From contig JAHEDI010000004.1 of NCBI GenBank assembly GCA_024641305.1, forward strand, positions 2,126 to 66,125: a DNA stretch of 64,000 nucleotides. The letters are read 5' to 3'. The translations under genes were made by a program, and so were the position numbers. This document shows positions 1 to 10,044 of the stretch, one piece after another. Numbering within the stretch: position 1 is the stretch's first letter; each line of letters begins with the position of its first letter. A model generated the notes under the pieces. That model made no database searches. It saw only the letters and a program-made list of their open reading frames with translations, and was not told where the DNA came from. Origin of the DNA: a bacterium (lineage in GTDB: Bacteria; Actinomycetota; Acidimicrobiia; Spongiisociales; JAENVV01).

Positions 1-360
1 GCCGTCCGCTTGTAAGACATCGCAGTCGACTTGCACCATCGCCTCGCCCATTTTTTTCATGTTGACAACGGCCCGTAACGATCTCCCGATGAGGCGGGAG
101 ATCTCTTTGGAGCGGCCGCCTTCGTAGTTGTTACGTCGGATACGTTCACCCGAGGAACCCGGCAACATTCCGTATTCGGCCGTGACCCAGCCGGCGCCCG
201 AACCTTTCATCCATCTTGGCACCTCTGATTCGACGCCAGCCGTGCACAAGACCCGGGTCTCGCCCATCTCTATGAGCACCGAACCAGGGGTCATATTCGT
301 GAAGCCCCGCGTGATGCGAACTGCGCGTAACTCGTCGGCTGGTCTTTCACGTTGCGCCAT
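1..360 (-). CDS. rph: ribonuclease PH, N-terminal about 120 codons (the gene continues past the window start)
   Basis: Reverse-complement translation from the ATG at 358-360 gives [70 protein letters not shown]...[35 protein letters not shown]. This matches the conserved RNase PH blocks. It is absent from the ORF track because it is cut by the window edge. Confidence 0.85.
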   Translation of the reverse strand, partial: MAQRERPADELRAVRITRGFTNMTPGSVLIEMGETRVLCTAGVESEVPRWMKGSGAGWVTAEYGMLPGSSGERIRRNNYEGGRSKEISRLIGRSLRAVVNMKKMGEAMVQVDCDVLQADG

Positions 361-1114
361 TGCTCTCCTTCAGATCGATGGTCAGTCCTGGGGTCGCCGC
401 AACGACGGAACCAGAAAAAGTTTCGGAGGCCTCTTCGACTGATTGCGCCGGATCGTTGGTTGGCCAGAGATGAGTCAGCACAAGACGGCCCACGGTGGCC
501 GCCGTTGCCAATTCACCGGCTTCCGATGCCGTCAAATGGTGGGGCCACGGTTTGTCAGCGCCCAAACCGAGATAGGAGGCTTCCGCAAGGAGGACCTCGG
601 AGCCGGCCGCCCACTCGGGCAGGTGGTCGGCCACCCCGGTGTCAGCCGTGTAGGCAATCGATCCTGCCTGATCAGTCAGCTTGACCGCCATCGTCGGAAC
701 CGGATGATTGGTTTGTGTGAAAAGAAGGTGAAGATCCTTGACGTTCACCTCCGTACCGAGGTCCACCCGGTTGAACGTGAGCGCTTCGAAGACCGCACTT
801 CCGGTCCGACCAATAAGCGCCTCAAGTCGCTTCGGAACCGAGGCGGGGGCGTACACCGCAATCGGGCCAAGGAGCGGACGCCCATATCGGCGAGAGTAGG
901 CGAAAGGCAGGACGTCGACGCAATGATCGACGTGTTCGTGGGTGATGATGATGGCGTCGAGGTCGGCCGGATCGACATATTCTTGAAGCGCCGCAAAGGT
1001 GCCCGTCCCACAATCGAGCCACACGGTCGCCTGCTCGGTTTGCACGAGATAGCCCGATGAGGGGCGACCGGGAGTCGGATAGGTGCCGTTACACCCGAGT
1101 ACTGTCAGACGCAT
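347..1114 (-). CDS. MBL-fold metallo-hydrolase, Rv1339-like (atypical cyclic-nucleotide phosphodiesterase family)
   Basis: It has the THEHVDH metal-binding motif. It sits immediately upstream of rph, as Rv1339 sits next to rph (Rv1340) in mycobacteria. Confidence 0.8.
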   Translation of the reverse strand: MRLTVLGCNGTYPTPGRPSSGYLVQTEQATVWLDCGTGTFAALQEYVDPADLDAIIITHEHVDHCVDVLPFAYSRRYGRPLLGPIAVYAPASVPKRLEALIGRTGSAVFEALTFNRVDLGTEVNVKDLHLLFTQTNHPVPTMAVKLTDQAGSIAYTADTGVADHLPEWAAGSEVLLAEASYLGLGADKPWPHHLTASEAGELATAATVGRLVLTHLWPTNDPAQSVEEASETFSGSVVAATPGLTIDLKESNGAT

Positions 1115-1180
1115 CGGAGGGAGCTTAGGCCAGCAGTAAGCCCCCGGCCGGTATCAGCCGGTAGATTCCCGGCGATCTGG

Positions 1181-1600
1181 CTAGTCATCTATCTCGATCT
1201 CCAACTGCCGGGACCGCTTAGCGACGATCTCGAAGGCACCGACCGAGTCGTCGCTGATGACGAGGTAGAGCCAAGCAGGCGAAGGAGCCCTGGCTACATC
1301 GGTAGCCGACGGAACCCGAGTTCCGCGGGGGTGCGAGTGAAACACGCCGCCGATCTCCCAATCGTGCCGTTCAGCGTGGCGAGCGGCACCGTAGAACTCC
1401 GCCGGATCGATGGTGTACGACGAAGGGGACCTGTCGACGTTGCTGAGGCAATACACAAACCGGACCGACCCTGCGGGAGTTACCGCCAGGAGCCCGCACG
1501 CTTCACGTGGTGCTTCGTAGGTGGCGTGCTCCAGCATGGCGGTGAGCATGGGCTTGCGGACCCGGAGGGCCCTCATGGGCTCAGACGTTGACAAACCCAA
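1181..1600 (-). CDS. JAMM/MPN+ (Mov34) family metalloprotease, Mec-like
   Basis: It has the HSHP...S..D JAMM zinc motif (GGVFHSHPRGTRVPSATD) in a 139-aa protein. Confidence 0.75.
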   Translation of the reverse strand: MGLSTSEPMRALRVRKPMLTAMLEHATYEAPREACGLLAVTPAGSVRFVYCLSNVDRSPSSYTIDPAEFYGAARHAERHDWEIGGVFHSHPRGTRVPSATDVARAPSPAWLYLVISDDSVGAFEIVAKRSRQLEIEIDD

Positions 1601-2202
1601 CCTGACTCCGTCAGTCGGTACACGATCCGATCGTGAAGCCGATTGACCTGGCCCTGCCAGAATTCAATCCGACGAGGGATCACTCGATACCCTCCCCAGG
1701 TCTCCGGCCGGGGTACCTGTTGACCTGCCCATCGAGACTCCTCAGTCTGATATCGAACTCTCAACACTTCCCGGCTCGCGATTACCTCCGATTGATCGCT
1801 TGCTCTGGCCGCCAACTGTGATCCACGCGGCCGACTCGCGAAGTATCGATCCGACTCCGCGACGTCCACTCTCTCGACACTTCCCGCCACCCGGACTTGC
1901 CGATGGAGCGATTGCCAGAGGAACACGAGAGTCGCCTCCGGCCGATCAGCCAACTGTTGGCCCTTGCCGCTGGCGTAATTTGTGAAGAACACGAATCCGG
2001 CGGGACCGTGTCCCTTCAATAACACGACTCTCGCATCGGGATTACCCGCCACATCAACGGTGGCGAGCGTCATCATGTTTGCTTCGGGAATACCTGCCTC
2101 GATTGCTTCCTGGAACCAGCCTGCAAACTGGTCAGAAGGGTCAACGGCGACATTGGCTTCCAACAATCCGTCGACGTCGTATTCGATCCGGGGGGGCTCC
2201 AT
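1573..2202 (-). CDS. pdxH: pyridoxamine 5-phosphate oxidase
   Basis: The sequence MEPPRIEYDVDGLLEANVAVDPSDQFAGWFQEA...TLATVD...LLKG...FVFFTNYASGKGQQL...WGGYRVIPRRIEFWQG matches PdxH. The ORF-track start at 2565 is an artefactual extension. The real ATG is at 2200-2202. Confidence 0.85.
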   Translation of the reverse strand: MEPPRIEYDVDGLLEANVAVDPSDQFAGWFQEAIEAGIPEANMMTLATVDVAGNPDARVVLLKGHGPAGFVFFTNYASGKGQQLADRPEATLVFLWQSLHRQVRVAGSVERVDVAESDRYFASRPRGSQLAARASDQSEVIASREVLRVRYQTEESRWAGQQVPRPETWGGYRVIPRRIEFWQGQVNRLHDRIVYRLTESGWVCQRLSP

Positions 2203-2297
2203 CACGGATCCCGTACCGCGGCGGGAGGCCGAGCCGGCCCTACCGCCGGCTTCACGGCGTCGGGTCGGGCGTGAACGGTCTCGGCCAGGTACATCGG

Positions 2298-2990
2298 CTA
2301 GGTCAGGGGAACGATGTACTTCAAAACGACCACGAAGTGAAAGAGGGACCCGGCCACGACCAGGACGTGAAAGACCTCGTGGTAGGAGAAGATTCGGGGA
2401 AAGAGGCGCGGCCGCTTGGTTGCAAAGGCGACCATTCCAATCAAATAGGCAATTCCACCTGCCAGCAAGAACCCCACGCCAATGGGAGCAAGTCGTTCCG
2501 ACATGACCGGGAGCGGCACAACCGCGAAACACCCCATCGTCGTGGCCAGAGCAACCGGTAGCCAAACGCGGGCCCGATGGAACACGATCCGCTCAACCGT
2601 CCCGATGAGAAATGCCGACCAAACGATGACCAGGGTGGCGATCCTCCACCCGCCATCGAGCAGATTCACGGCGAACGGCGTAAACGAGCCGGCCACCAGT
2701 AAGAAGATCATGGAATGATCCACCCGCTGCATTCGGGCCTTCCAGCGTTCACCCCAAGGAATCGAGTGATATAACGCGCTCGTTGTGTACAAGGCAATCA
2801 ATGAAACCCCGAAGACGATCATCGAAACCATCCGGGGGCGGTTATTCACGGTCGACACGATAAGAACGACCAGACCACCCACCGAAGCCACCGCCGCCGA
2901 TCCATGGAGAAGGCCGCGTACGGGGTTCTGCATCAGGCCAAGTGTCATGCGTTGCACAGGGTCAGCATATCGGTTTACAGGTCGTAGCAT
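2298..2990 (-). CDS. hemolysin III / PAQR family membrane protein
   Basis: It has about seven hydrophobic segments and the Hly-III family motifs (HSIPWGERW, HEVFHVLV). The start could be the internal Met at 2948. Confidence 0.8.
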   Translation of the reverse strand: MLRPVNRYADPVQRMTLGLMQNPVRGLLHGSAAVASVGGLVVLIVSTVNNRPRMVSMIVFGVSLIALYTTSALYHSIPWGERWKARMQRVDHSMIFLLVAGSFTPFAVNLLDGGWRIATLVIVWSAFLIGTVERIVFHRARVWLPVALATTMGCFAVVPLPVMSERLAPIGVGFLLAGGIAYLIGMVAFATKRPRLFPRIFSYHEVFHVLVVAGSLFHFVVVLKYIVPLT

Positions 2991-2998
2991 GGCGACCG

Positions 2999-3415
2999 AT
3001 GAAACCGGTACTACGAGGACTCACCAAACGATGCCCCCACTGCGGAGCGTCTGGCCTGTTCATCGGTTGGTGGACCATGCACAAACACTGTCCCGGTTGC
3101 GGTATGAAGTTCGAGCGAGATCAGGGCTACGGAACCGGAGCCATGATCGTGAATACGGCCGTGACAATTGGTACATTCCTGATCGTCTTCGTGGCCATCA
3201 TGGTCGTCACCTGGCCCGACGTTCCCTGGTCAACTGCGTTGATCGTTACGATGGTGATCAACACACTCATACCGATCGTTTTCTATCCATGGTCTAAAAC
3301 GATCTTTCTGGGGTTGGATCTCGCGGTCCGACCACTCGGAGCCGACGAACTGGCCAGGGCAACCGCCTGGCTTGCCCAAAACGATTCCCCGACCAACGGG
3401 ATCGACGCACGTTGA
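2999..3415 (+). CDS. DUF983-type zinc-ribbon membrane protein
   Basis: It has CPHC...CPGC followed by two transmembrane helices. The start is taken at MKPVLRG inside the longer track ORF 2942-3415. Confidence 0.55.
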   Translation: MKPVLRGLTKRCPHCGASGLFIGWWTMHKHCPGCGMKFERDQGYGTGAMIVNTAVTIGTFLIVFVAIMVVTWPDVPWSTALIVTMVINTLIPIVFYPWSKTIFLGLDLAVRPLGADELARATAWLAQNDSPTNGIDAR

Positions 3416-3848
3416 CGGTCAGGACGTTCCTCGATATGAGCCATGGCCACCGGTGAGAGACACCCCTCACTTGAACGACGAACAGTTCGTGAGTCTTGAG
3501 ACGTTTCGTCGCGATGGGACGGCAGTCAAGACGCCGATTTGGTTCGCCCAGGAGGGCGACAAGTTATTCATGTGGACGGCCGCCAATTCTGGCAAAGTCA
3601 AGCGAATCGGCAACAACACCGGGGTGCGAGTCGCCGTGTGCACGCGATTTGGACGGGTCACCGGTGATTGGTTCGAGGCCCAAGCTTCGGTTGACGCCTC
3701 CCCTGCAGCCGTGCAACGGGTCGAAAACCTGTTAAAGGTGAAACTCGGCTTCTGGTTCACGCTGTTCCAGCGTATCGATGGGATCCGGGACAACCGGAAT
3801 GGCTCAAGCCGGGTTTGCCTCACGGTCTCGTTTGCGAAAAGTTCCTAG
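3372..3848 (+). CDS. PPOX-class (pyridoxamine-phosphate-oxidase-like) FMN/F420-binding protein
   Basis: The HLNDEQFVSLETFRRDGTAVKTPIWFAQEGDKLFMWTA fold signature is present. The true start is probably the GTG near 3453. Confidence 0.65.
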   Translation: MPKTIPRPTGSTHVDGQDVPRYEPWPPVRDTPHLNDEQFVSLETFRRDGTAVKTPIWFAQEGDKLFMWTAANSGKVKRIGNNTGVRVAVCTRFGRVTGDWFEAQASVDASPAAVQRVENLLKVKLGFWFTLFQRIDGIRDNRNGSSRVCLTVSFAKSS

Positions 3849-3887
3849 CTACCTGACCCGCAGCATCCAACTATGTCTTCGCCACCT

Positions 3888-5090
3888 CTAGCGACGGCGA
3901 CGCTTGCGCAGGGGGTTGACGACGACCTGCTCGTAGGGCGGCGGTTGAAACGCCTCAAGATCTTTCAGCCGTGGATCGTTTGAGAACATCTTGACGACGG
4001 TCGACAGAACCTCGGCTTCCTTCTGAAGCGTCCGGACCTCTGTCATCTGATTCCATTCGACAAACGTGACAACCAATCCCGAACCTCCGGCGCGTGCGGT
4101 TCGCCCCGAGCGGTGGAGGTAGGTCTTATAGTCCTTGGGCAAGTCGTAGTGAATCACAATGTCCACACCTTCGATATGCAGGCCCCGAGCAGCCACGTTC
4201 GTCGCCACGAGCACCTTGGTCTTGCCCTCGGCAAACGACGCCAGAACCCGCTCTCGCTTCGATTGAGGCAGATCGCCGTGAAGGGCTTTGGCCGATACGC
4301 CCTCGGCGCTTATTTGTTCAGCAGCTTTGTCACAACCACGCTTGGTATGGACGAAAACAAGAATCCGGGTGGCGTTTTCAGCAATGGCGGCAACTGCTTT
4401 GGGTTTGTCGAGATAGTGCACCTCGATGAACCGGTGCTCCATGGTGTCCACGGTCACCGTGTCAGATTCAACCTCGTGATAGACAGGTTCTTTGAGGTGT
4501 CGTTTGACCAAACGGTCCACGGCTCCGTCCAGGGTCGCCGAAAAAAGCAGCGTTTGGTGATCGCCCTCCATCTGGCGGACGATGACGTCTACCTGAGGCA
4601 AGAAGCCCATATCGGCCATCTGATCGGCCTCGTCAAGACACACCATCTGAACGTCGGCCACCGATACATCGCCCCGCTCCAGGAAATCGATCAACCGACC
4701 AGGGGTCGCAACCACAATGTCGGCCGTGGCGAGTTCGGTCCGCTGGTCGCTCATGGAGGCACCGCCGTACACGGCCACCACATGAAGACCGTAAGAGTGG
4801 CCCAGGAACCTCAGCTCTTCGGCCACCTGCAAACACAATTCGCGGGTCGGGACGAGTACCACGCCGCGGGGGCGTCGCTTGATGGCGGACGTGAGTTTCA
4901 TGACCATTGGTAGCCCGAAGGCGAGGGTCTTGCCCGAACCCGTCTTGGCTTTGCCGCAGACATCGACACCCGAGAGCGCGTCCGGGATGGTCATGGTCTG
5001 AACAGGAAAAGGAGTGGTAATACCCCGGCTGGCCAATTCGGCAACGAGCGTGTCGGACACACCGAGGTCCGCGAAAGAAGTTTGAGTCAT
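3888..5090 (-). CDS. DEAD-box ATP-dependent RNA helicase
   Basis: All the helicase motifs are present: the Q motif, AKTGSGKT, PTRELCLQV, DEAD, SAT and HRSGRTARAG. Confidence 0.9.
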   Translation of the reverse strand: MTQTSFADLGVSDTLVAELASRGITTPFPVQTMTIPDALSGVDVCGKAKTGSGKTLAFGLPMVMKLTSAIKRRPRGVVLVPTRELCLQVAEELRFLGHSYGLHVVAVYGGASMSDQRTELATADIVVATPGRLIDFLERGDVSVADVQMVCLDEADQMADMGFLPQVDVIVRQMEGDHQTLLFSATLDGAVDRLVKRHLKEPVYHEVESDTVTVDTMEHRFIEVHYLDKPKAVAAIAENATRILVFVHTKRGCDKAAEQISAEGVSAKALHGDLPQSKRERVLASFAEGKTKVLVATNVAARGLHIEGVDIVIHYDLPKDYKTYLHRSGRTARAGGSGLVVTFVEWNQMTEVRTLQKEAEVLSTVVKMFSNDPRLKDLEAFQPPPYEQVVVNPLRKRRRR

Positions 5091-5145
5091 CGGGAATAAA
5101 CGATAGCGTCATTCCTGTACCCCCCCGCCGTACCATGGTGAATCG

Positions 5146-7038
5146 ATGTCTCTTGACGAAACCCTCGATGCCCTAGCAACCGTCGTCGCCGCCAAGCCTG
5201 GCGGCTTGCACCGCGAAGGCCAGGCCCAAATGGCCGGAGCCGTTGCGGCGGCCATGGCCAATCGGCGGCACTTGCTTGTCGAGGCCGGAACCGGCACCGG
5301 CAAGTCATTCGCATACATCGTTCCGGCAGTCGTCTCTGGCCAAAAAGTCGTGATCTCGACCGCCACGAAGAGCCTCCAGGATCAGCTCGACCGTCGCGAC
5401 GTTCCCTTCATTGCAGAGGCGTTGGCAGCCGGCTTCCCGGTCACCTGGCAGACCGTCAAAGGAAGAGCCTCGTACGTCTGCAAAGCCCGTCTCATCGAAC
5501 ATACCGACATCGTGGCCCAAGACCTGTTCAGCGAGCCGAAGGTCGAAGACCGATACTCCCAGATCGCCGATTGGGCGACCGACCATCCAACCGGCGACCG
5601 CGACGATCTGCCGTTCTCGGTGGATGACGACACCTGGGCAACCGTGTCGGTTTCGGGCACCGAATGCCCCGGACGCGACAACTGTCCAATGGGCACAACC
5701 TGTTTCGCCATGCAAGCCCTCGACCGGGCCGAGGACGCCGACCTCGTCATCGTCAACCATCATCTGTACGGGACCCACCTCATGTCCGATCGGGGGGTCT
5801 TACCGGACCATCAGGTCGTGATCTTCGACGAGGGGCATCGACTCGAAGATACGTTCGCGTCGGCATTCGGCTTTGAAATCGCTCCGTGGCGCTTCCGACA
5901 ATTGGAACGCGCCTCACGATATTTGCGGGGTGTCGCAGGAACCAAGGCCACCGAGACCCTCCTGGAAGACCTGTCTCTGGCCGGGGAGGGGGTCGAAGAC
6001 GCCCTCGGCCATTTTGATGGAACCAGGGTTGCGGTGCCTTCTGACTTGAAGATTCCATTCGAAGCCGCCGCCAGGGTGGTCGCCAAGGTTCGCAAATTGG
6101 CTGAGAAGACCCCCGCCCCAACCCAATCCCAGGAAGGTGCCAAAGCGCGACTGGTCCGGTTGGCCGGTCACATGGAAGCCGACCTTGGCCTTGGCCACCA
6201 ACTACCCGATGGGTATGTCGGCTGGGTCGACCGAAGGTCATACAACGTGGCGCCGATCCACGTCGGCAAACAACTGGCTGACCTCTTGTTACACGACACC
6301 ACGGTGATCGTTACCAGCGCCACCCTCACCACCGGAGGGTCACTGCTTCCGCTGGCCAGCGCACTCGGATTCGAGCCAGACGAGACGACCGGACTACGGG
6401 CTCCGTCGCCATTCGATTTCGAGAAACAGGGCCGCATCTACGTGGCGAGTCACCTGCCAGAACCAAACGCCGAGGGATTCGGCGAGGCGGCCTCAGACGA
6501 AATCGTCCGGCTTGTCACGGCGGCGGGCGGCCGATCATTGATCCTCACCACCTCCTATCGGAACCTGGAACGCTTTTCCGAAGCGCTGCTCGGACTCGAC
6601 GAATTCGCCATTTTCACCCAGGGAGACCTCCCCAAACGACAACTGCTCGAAAAATTCGAAGCGGACGAGACATCGGTACTCGTGGCAACCATGGGATTCT
6701 GGGAGGGTGTCGATGTCGTCGGCCGATCGCTTGAGCTCGTGGTCCTTGATCGACTCCCCTTTCCCCGACCAAACGACCCCCTATGGGAGGCCCGCCGGGA
6801 AGCCGCAGAACTAAGCAGACAGAATCCCTTCATGACGGTCGATCTTCCCCGGGCCGCCATGCTGACCGCTCAAGGAGCCGGCCGACTCATTCGCAGCACA
6901 ACCGATCGTGGCGTCGTCGCACTCCTCGATTCTCGGGTCGCCACCCGACGGTACGGTCGGACAATTCTCAACACGCTGCCGCCGATGCCCGTCCTCACCG
7001 ACCTGCGACTCGTCGAGGAATTCCTCGCCCAGCACTGA
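5146..7038 (+). CDS. dinG: ATP-dependent DNA helicase, DinG / Rad3-XPD family
   Basis: It has the Walker A motif EAGTGTGKS, the DEGH box (VIFDEGHRLED) and a four-cysteine Fe-S module (CKARL...CPGRDNCPMGTTCF). Confidence 0.8.
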   Translation: MSLDETLDALATVVAAKPGGLHREGQAQMAGAVAAAMANRRHLLVEAGTGTGKSFAYIVPAVVSGQKVVISTATKSLQDQLDRRDVPFIAEALAAGFPVTWQTVKGRASYVCKARLIEHTDIVAQDLFSEPKVEDRYSQIADWATDHPTGDRDDLPFSVDDDTWATVSVSGTECPGRDNCPMGTTCFAMQALDRAEDADLVIVNHHLYGTHLMSDRGVLPDHQVVIFDEGHRLEDTFASAFGFEIAPWRFRQLERASRYLRGVAGTKATETLLEDLSLAGEGVEDALGHFDGTRVAVPSDLKIPFEAAARVVAKVRKLAEKTPAPTQSQEGAKARLVRLAGHMEADLGLGHQLPDGYVGWVDRRSYNVAPIHVGKQLADLLLHDTTVIVTSATLTTGGSLLPLASALGFEPDETTGLRAPSPFDFEKQGRIYVASHLPEPNAEGFGEAASDEIVRLVTAAGGRSLILTTSYRNLERFSEALLGLDEFAIFTQGDLPKRQLLEKFEADETSVLVATMGFWEGVDVVGRSLELVVLDRLPFPRPNDPLWEARREAAELSRQNPFMTVDLPRAAMLTAQGAGRLIRSTTDRGVVALLDSRVATRRYGRTILNTLPPMPVLTDLRLVEEFLAQH

Positions 7039-7055
7039 CGCTACGCTGTTCGACC

Positions 7056-8732
7056 ATGGCAAAAGAGTTCATTTACACGATGATGCGGGTCTCCCGCCAC
7101 CATCCCCCCGACCGCACCGTCCTCAAGGATGTCACCCTGGCCTTCTACCCTGGCGCCAAGATCGGGGTCATTGGCCACAACGGGTCCGGGAAGTCGTCGC
7201 TGCTGCGGATCATGGCCGGCCAGGACGACGGGTACACCGGGGAGGCCAAACTGACAGACGGGTTCACGGTGGGCTACCTCCCCCAAGAACCCCAACTCGA
7301 CCCTGACAAGAACGTGCTCGACAACATCATGGACGGCGTGGCCGAAACTCAGTCGCTCATCGATCGCTACAACGAGGTGTTGGCTGGGTGGGCCGACCCT
7401 GACGCCGACTACGAGCTCCTCGGGAAGCAGCAGGCCGATCTCGAAGGCAAAATCGAGGCCGCCAACGCCTGGGATCTTGATCGACATGTCGCCATCGCCA
7501 TGGATGCCCTGCGCGTTCCACCCGCCGACGCCGACGTCACCACCTTGTCAGGTGGCGAACGACGCCGGGTTGCGCTCTGTCAGCTGCTTTTGTCCCACCC
7601 CGACCTGTTGCTCCTCGATGAGCCAACCAACCACCTCGACGCCGAGTCGGTTGCCTGGCTGGAACGGTTCCTGGCGGATTACACGGGAACGGTCATGGCG
7701 GTAACCCACGATCGTTATTTCCTGGACAACGTGGCCGGTTGGATCCTGGAACTCGACAACGGCAACACGTATCCATACGAAGGCAACTACTCCGGATGGC
7801 TTGAACAGAAACAGGCCAGGCTCGCCCAAGAGGAGAAACAGGTCTCGTCTCGCCAGGCCACCCTGGCCAGGGAACTGGCCTGGGTTCGCCTGTCACCGCG
7901 AGCCAGGCAGGCCAAATCCAAAGCCCGCCTGAGTGCTTATGAGGACCTCCTCGCCGAGTCGAAGGCAGATCAGGCTTCCAAAAAGGGGCTCGAACTAACC
8001 ATCCCGATGACCAAGCGCCTCGGCAACACGGTTATCGAAGCGAATGGACTCCGTAAAGGATACGGAGACAAACTACTGATCGAAGATCTGACATTTATGC
8101 TCCCTCCGGCCGGCATCGTTGGCGTTATCGGCGCCAACGGAGCGGGAAAGACAACGCTATTTCGCATGATTACCGGTCAGGAGCAACCCGACGGCGGTGA
8201 GCTCACGGTCGGCGAGACGGTCGATCTCGCGTACGTTGATCAGTCACGAGACACGCTCGACCCGAACCTCACGGTGTACCAGCAAATCACCGATGGCAAG
8301 GACATCATTACCATCGGCGGCCGGGAAATGAACGGACGCGCCTACGTTGCGTCGTTCAACTTCAAAGGGTCCGATCAGCAGCAGAAAGTCAGTGAGTTGT
8401 CTGGCGGCGAACGCAACCGGGTTCACCTGGCGCGGATGCTCAAGACGGGTGGCAACGTGCTCTTGCTCGACGAGCCAACCAACGACCTCGACGTCGACAC
8501 ATTGCGCGCTTTGGAAGATGCGCTTGAATCGTTCCCCGGCTGTGCCGTAGTCATCACCCATGACCGCTGGTTCCTCGACCGAATCGCCACCCACGTCCTC
8601 GCCTTTGAGGGTGATTCCGTGGTCCGCTGGTTCGAGGGCGGCTTCACCGAATATGAAGATCGCCGCCATGAAGAACTCGGAGCGGCCGCCGATCAGCCAC
8701 ATCGCATCAAGTACAAGCCGCTCGCTCGCTAA
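7056..8732 (+). CDS. ettA: energy-dependent translational throttle ABC-F ATPase EttA
   Basis: It begins [28 protein letters not shown] and has two ABC cassettes. The ORF-track start at 6783 overlaps the end of dinG and is spurious. The ATG at 7056 is the real start. Confidence 0.9.
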   Translation: MAKEFIYTMMRVSRHHPPDRTVLKDVTLAFYPGAKIGVIGHNGSGKSSLLRIMAGQDDGYTGEAKLTDGFTVGYLPQEPQLDPDKNVLDNIMDGVAETQSLIDRYNEVLAGWADPDADYELLGKQQADLEGKIEAANAWDLDRHVAIAMDALRVPPADADVTTLSGGERRRVALCQLLLSHPDLLLLDEPTNHLDAESVAWLERFLADYTGTVMAVTHDRYFLDNVAGWILELDNGNTYPYEGNYSGWLEQKQARLAQEEKQVSSRQATLARELAWVRLSPRARQAKSKARLSAYEDLLAESKADQASKKGLELTIPMTKRLGNTVIEANGLRKGYGDKLLIEDLTFMLPPAGIVGVIGANGAGKTTLFRMITGQEQPDGGELTVGETVDLAYVDQSRDTLDPNLTVYQQITDGKDIITIGGREMNGRAYVASFNFKGSDQQQKVSELSGGERNRVHLARMLKTGGNVLLLDEPTNDLDVDTLRALEDALESFPGCAVVITHDRWFLDRIATHVLAFEGDSVVRWFEGGFTEYEDRRHEELGAAADQPHRIKYKPLAR

Positions 8733-8799
8733 TCAACGCCCCCGTCCTCCAACTCGTGGGCTGACGGTTCGCAATAAGTGGTCCCGGCGCTCAGGCGAC

Positions 8800-9963
8800 T
8801 CAGTCCTCTTCGACGTCCTCGCGACGGATCCCCAGGACGAACAAGATGGCATCGAGGTACGGGACACTTACCGACGTGTCGGCTGCCTCCTGAACGATCG
8901 GTTTTGCGTTGAACGCCACTCCGAGGCCGGCCGTGGCGAGCATGTCAAGATCGTTGGCCCCATCGCCCACCGCCACAGTCTGTTCAAGCGGGACCCCTTC
9001 TCGATTGGCGAGTTCAACGAGTAACTCAGCCTTGCGCTTTCGATCGACGATTGGCCCGATTAGCTGGCCGGTAAGCACGCCATCGAGGATCTCCAATTCG
9101 TTGGCGAAGACGTGGTCGATTCCGAGTTCGGCGCCCACCTTGTCAACGAAGAACTGAAAGCCCCCAGAAACCGCAGCCGTGGTGTACCCGAGGCGGCGAA
9201 GCGTCCTGACGAATGTTCGCGCCCCAGGCGTCAGGCGAACTTTGGCTTGCGCCCGGTCGAGGGCAGCCTGATCCAATCCAGCGAGCAGGGCTACCCGAAG
9301 CCGGAGAGATTCGGTGAAATCGAGTTCACCCGCCATGGCACTAGCCGTGATGGCGACCACCTCGTGCTGAACGCCGGCCTCGTCGGCCAGCAGATCGATA
9401 ATCTCATCCTGGATGAGGGTGGAGTCGACATCGAGAAAGACAAGGCGTTTGGCACGACGACCCAGCCCTTCACGCTGAATGGCCACGTCGACCCCGTGGT
9501 GGGCCGAGGACTGCAATAGACGGGACCGCATGTCTCCGGCGTCGCCGCCCGAGACTATGAGTTCATAGCTGAAGACCGGCGTTCGTGATAGTTGGGCGAT
9601 CCGGTCGATATTGCCCCCACCGCCGGCAATGGCGTCGGCCACGCCGGCCAAGGCCGCCGCGGACAATTCACGCCCGAGAACGGTTACTGCATGACGTATG
9701 GGACTCGGGGGCGTGCTGACCTCCGCTTCGACGACCTCGAACTCAATCGCCATCGACTTCTGCCAGCCGTAGTAGAGCAGGTCTTTGACCGTTGAGGCAC
9801 TCTCGGGGATGTCAACGAGCAAACTCAGGTTGAGCCGATCGTGGACCACGGTCTGTTCCATATCCAGAACGTCGGCACCGGCCGACGCCAGGATCTCCAA
9901 CAACCCGAACGTGATTCCGGGTCGATCGGTACCGGTTACATGAACAAGGATCGACTTCGACAT
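8800..9963 (-). CDS. serB: phosphoserine phosphatase SerB with N-terminal ACT domains
   Basis: It has the HAD motifs FLDVDSTLIQ and GDGANDLDML, and the N-terminal ACT segment VHVTGTDRPGI. Confidence 0.85.
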   Translation of the reverse strand: MSKSILVHVTGTDRPGITFGLLEILASAGADVLDMEQTVVHDRLNLSLLVDIPESASTVKDLLYYGWQKSMAIEFEVVEAEVSTPPSPIRHAVTVLGRELSAAALAGVADAIAGGGGNIDRIAQLSRTPVFSYELIVSGGDAGDMRSRLLQSSAHHGVDVAIQREGLGRRAKRLVFLDVDSTLIQDEIIDLLADEAGVQHEVVAITASAMAGELDFTESLRLRVALLAGLDQAALDRAQAKVRLTPGARTFVRTLRRLGYTTAAVSGGFQFFVDKVGAELGIDHVFANELEILDGVLTGQLIGPIVDRKRKAELLVELANREGVPLEQTVAVGDGANDLDMLATAGLGVAFNAKPIVQEAADTSVSVPYLDAILFVLGIRREDVEED

Positions 9964-10044
9964 TCCGCCAGGCTAGTGCGCAAGTCTGTAGGCTCAGACC
10001 CGCTCTGGCACCCGGGCGAGCGGGCCGATCCGAATTGCGAGTTC

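Noticed and set aside
6783-7055. N-terminal 91 codons of the track ORF 6783-8732
   Set aside because: They overlap the 3-prime end of dinG in another frame and are Arg/Ser-rich junk. EttA clearly starts at the ATG at 7056 (MAKEFIYTM). I trimmed the analogous extensions of pdxH (to 2202), manB (to about 26859) and accD (to 43954 or 43987).
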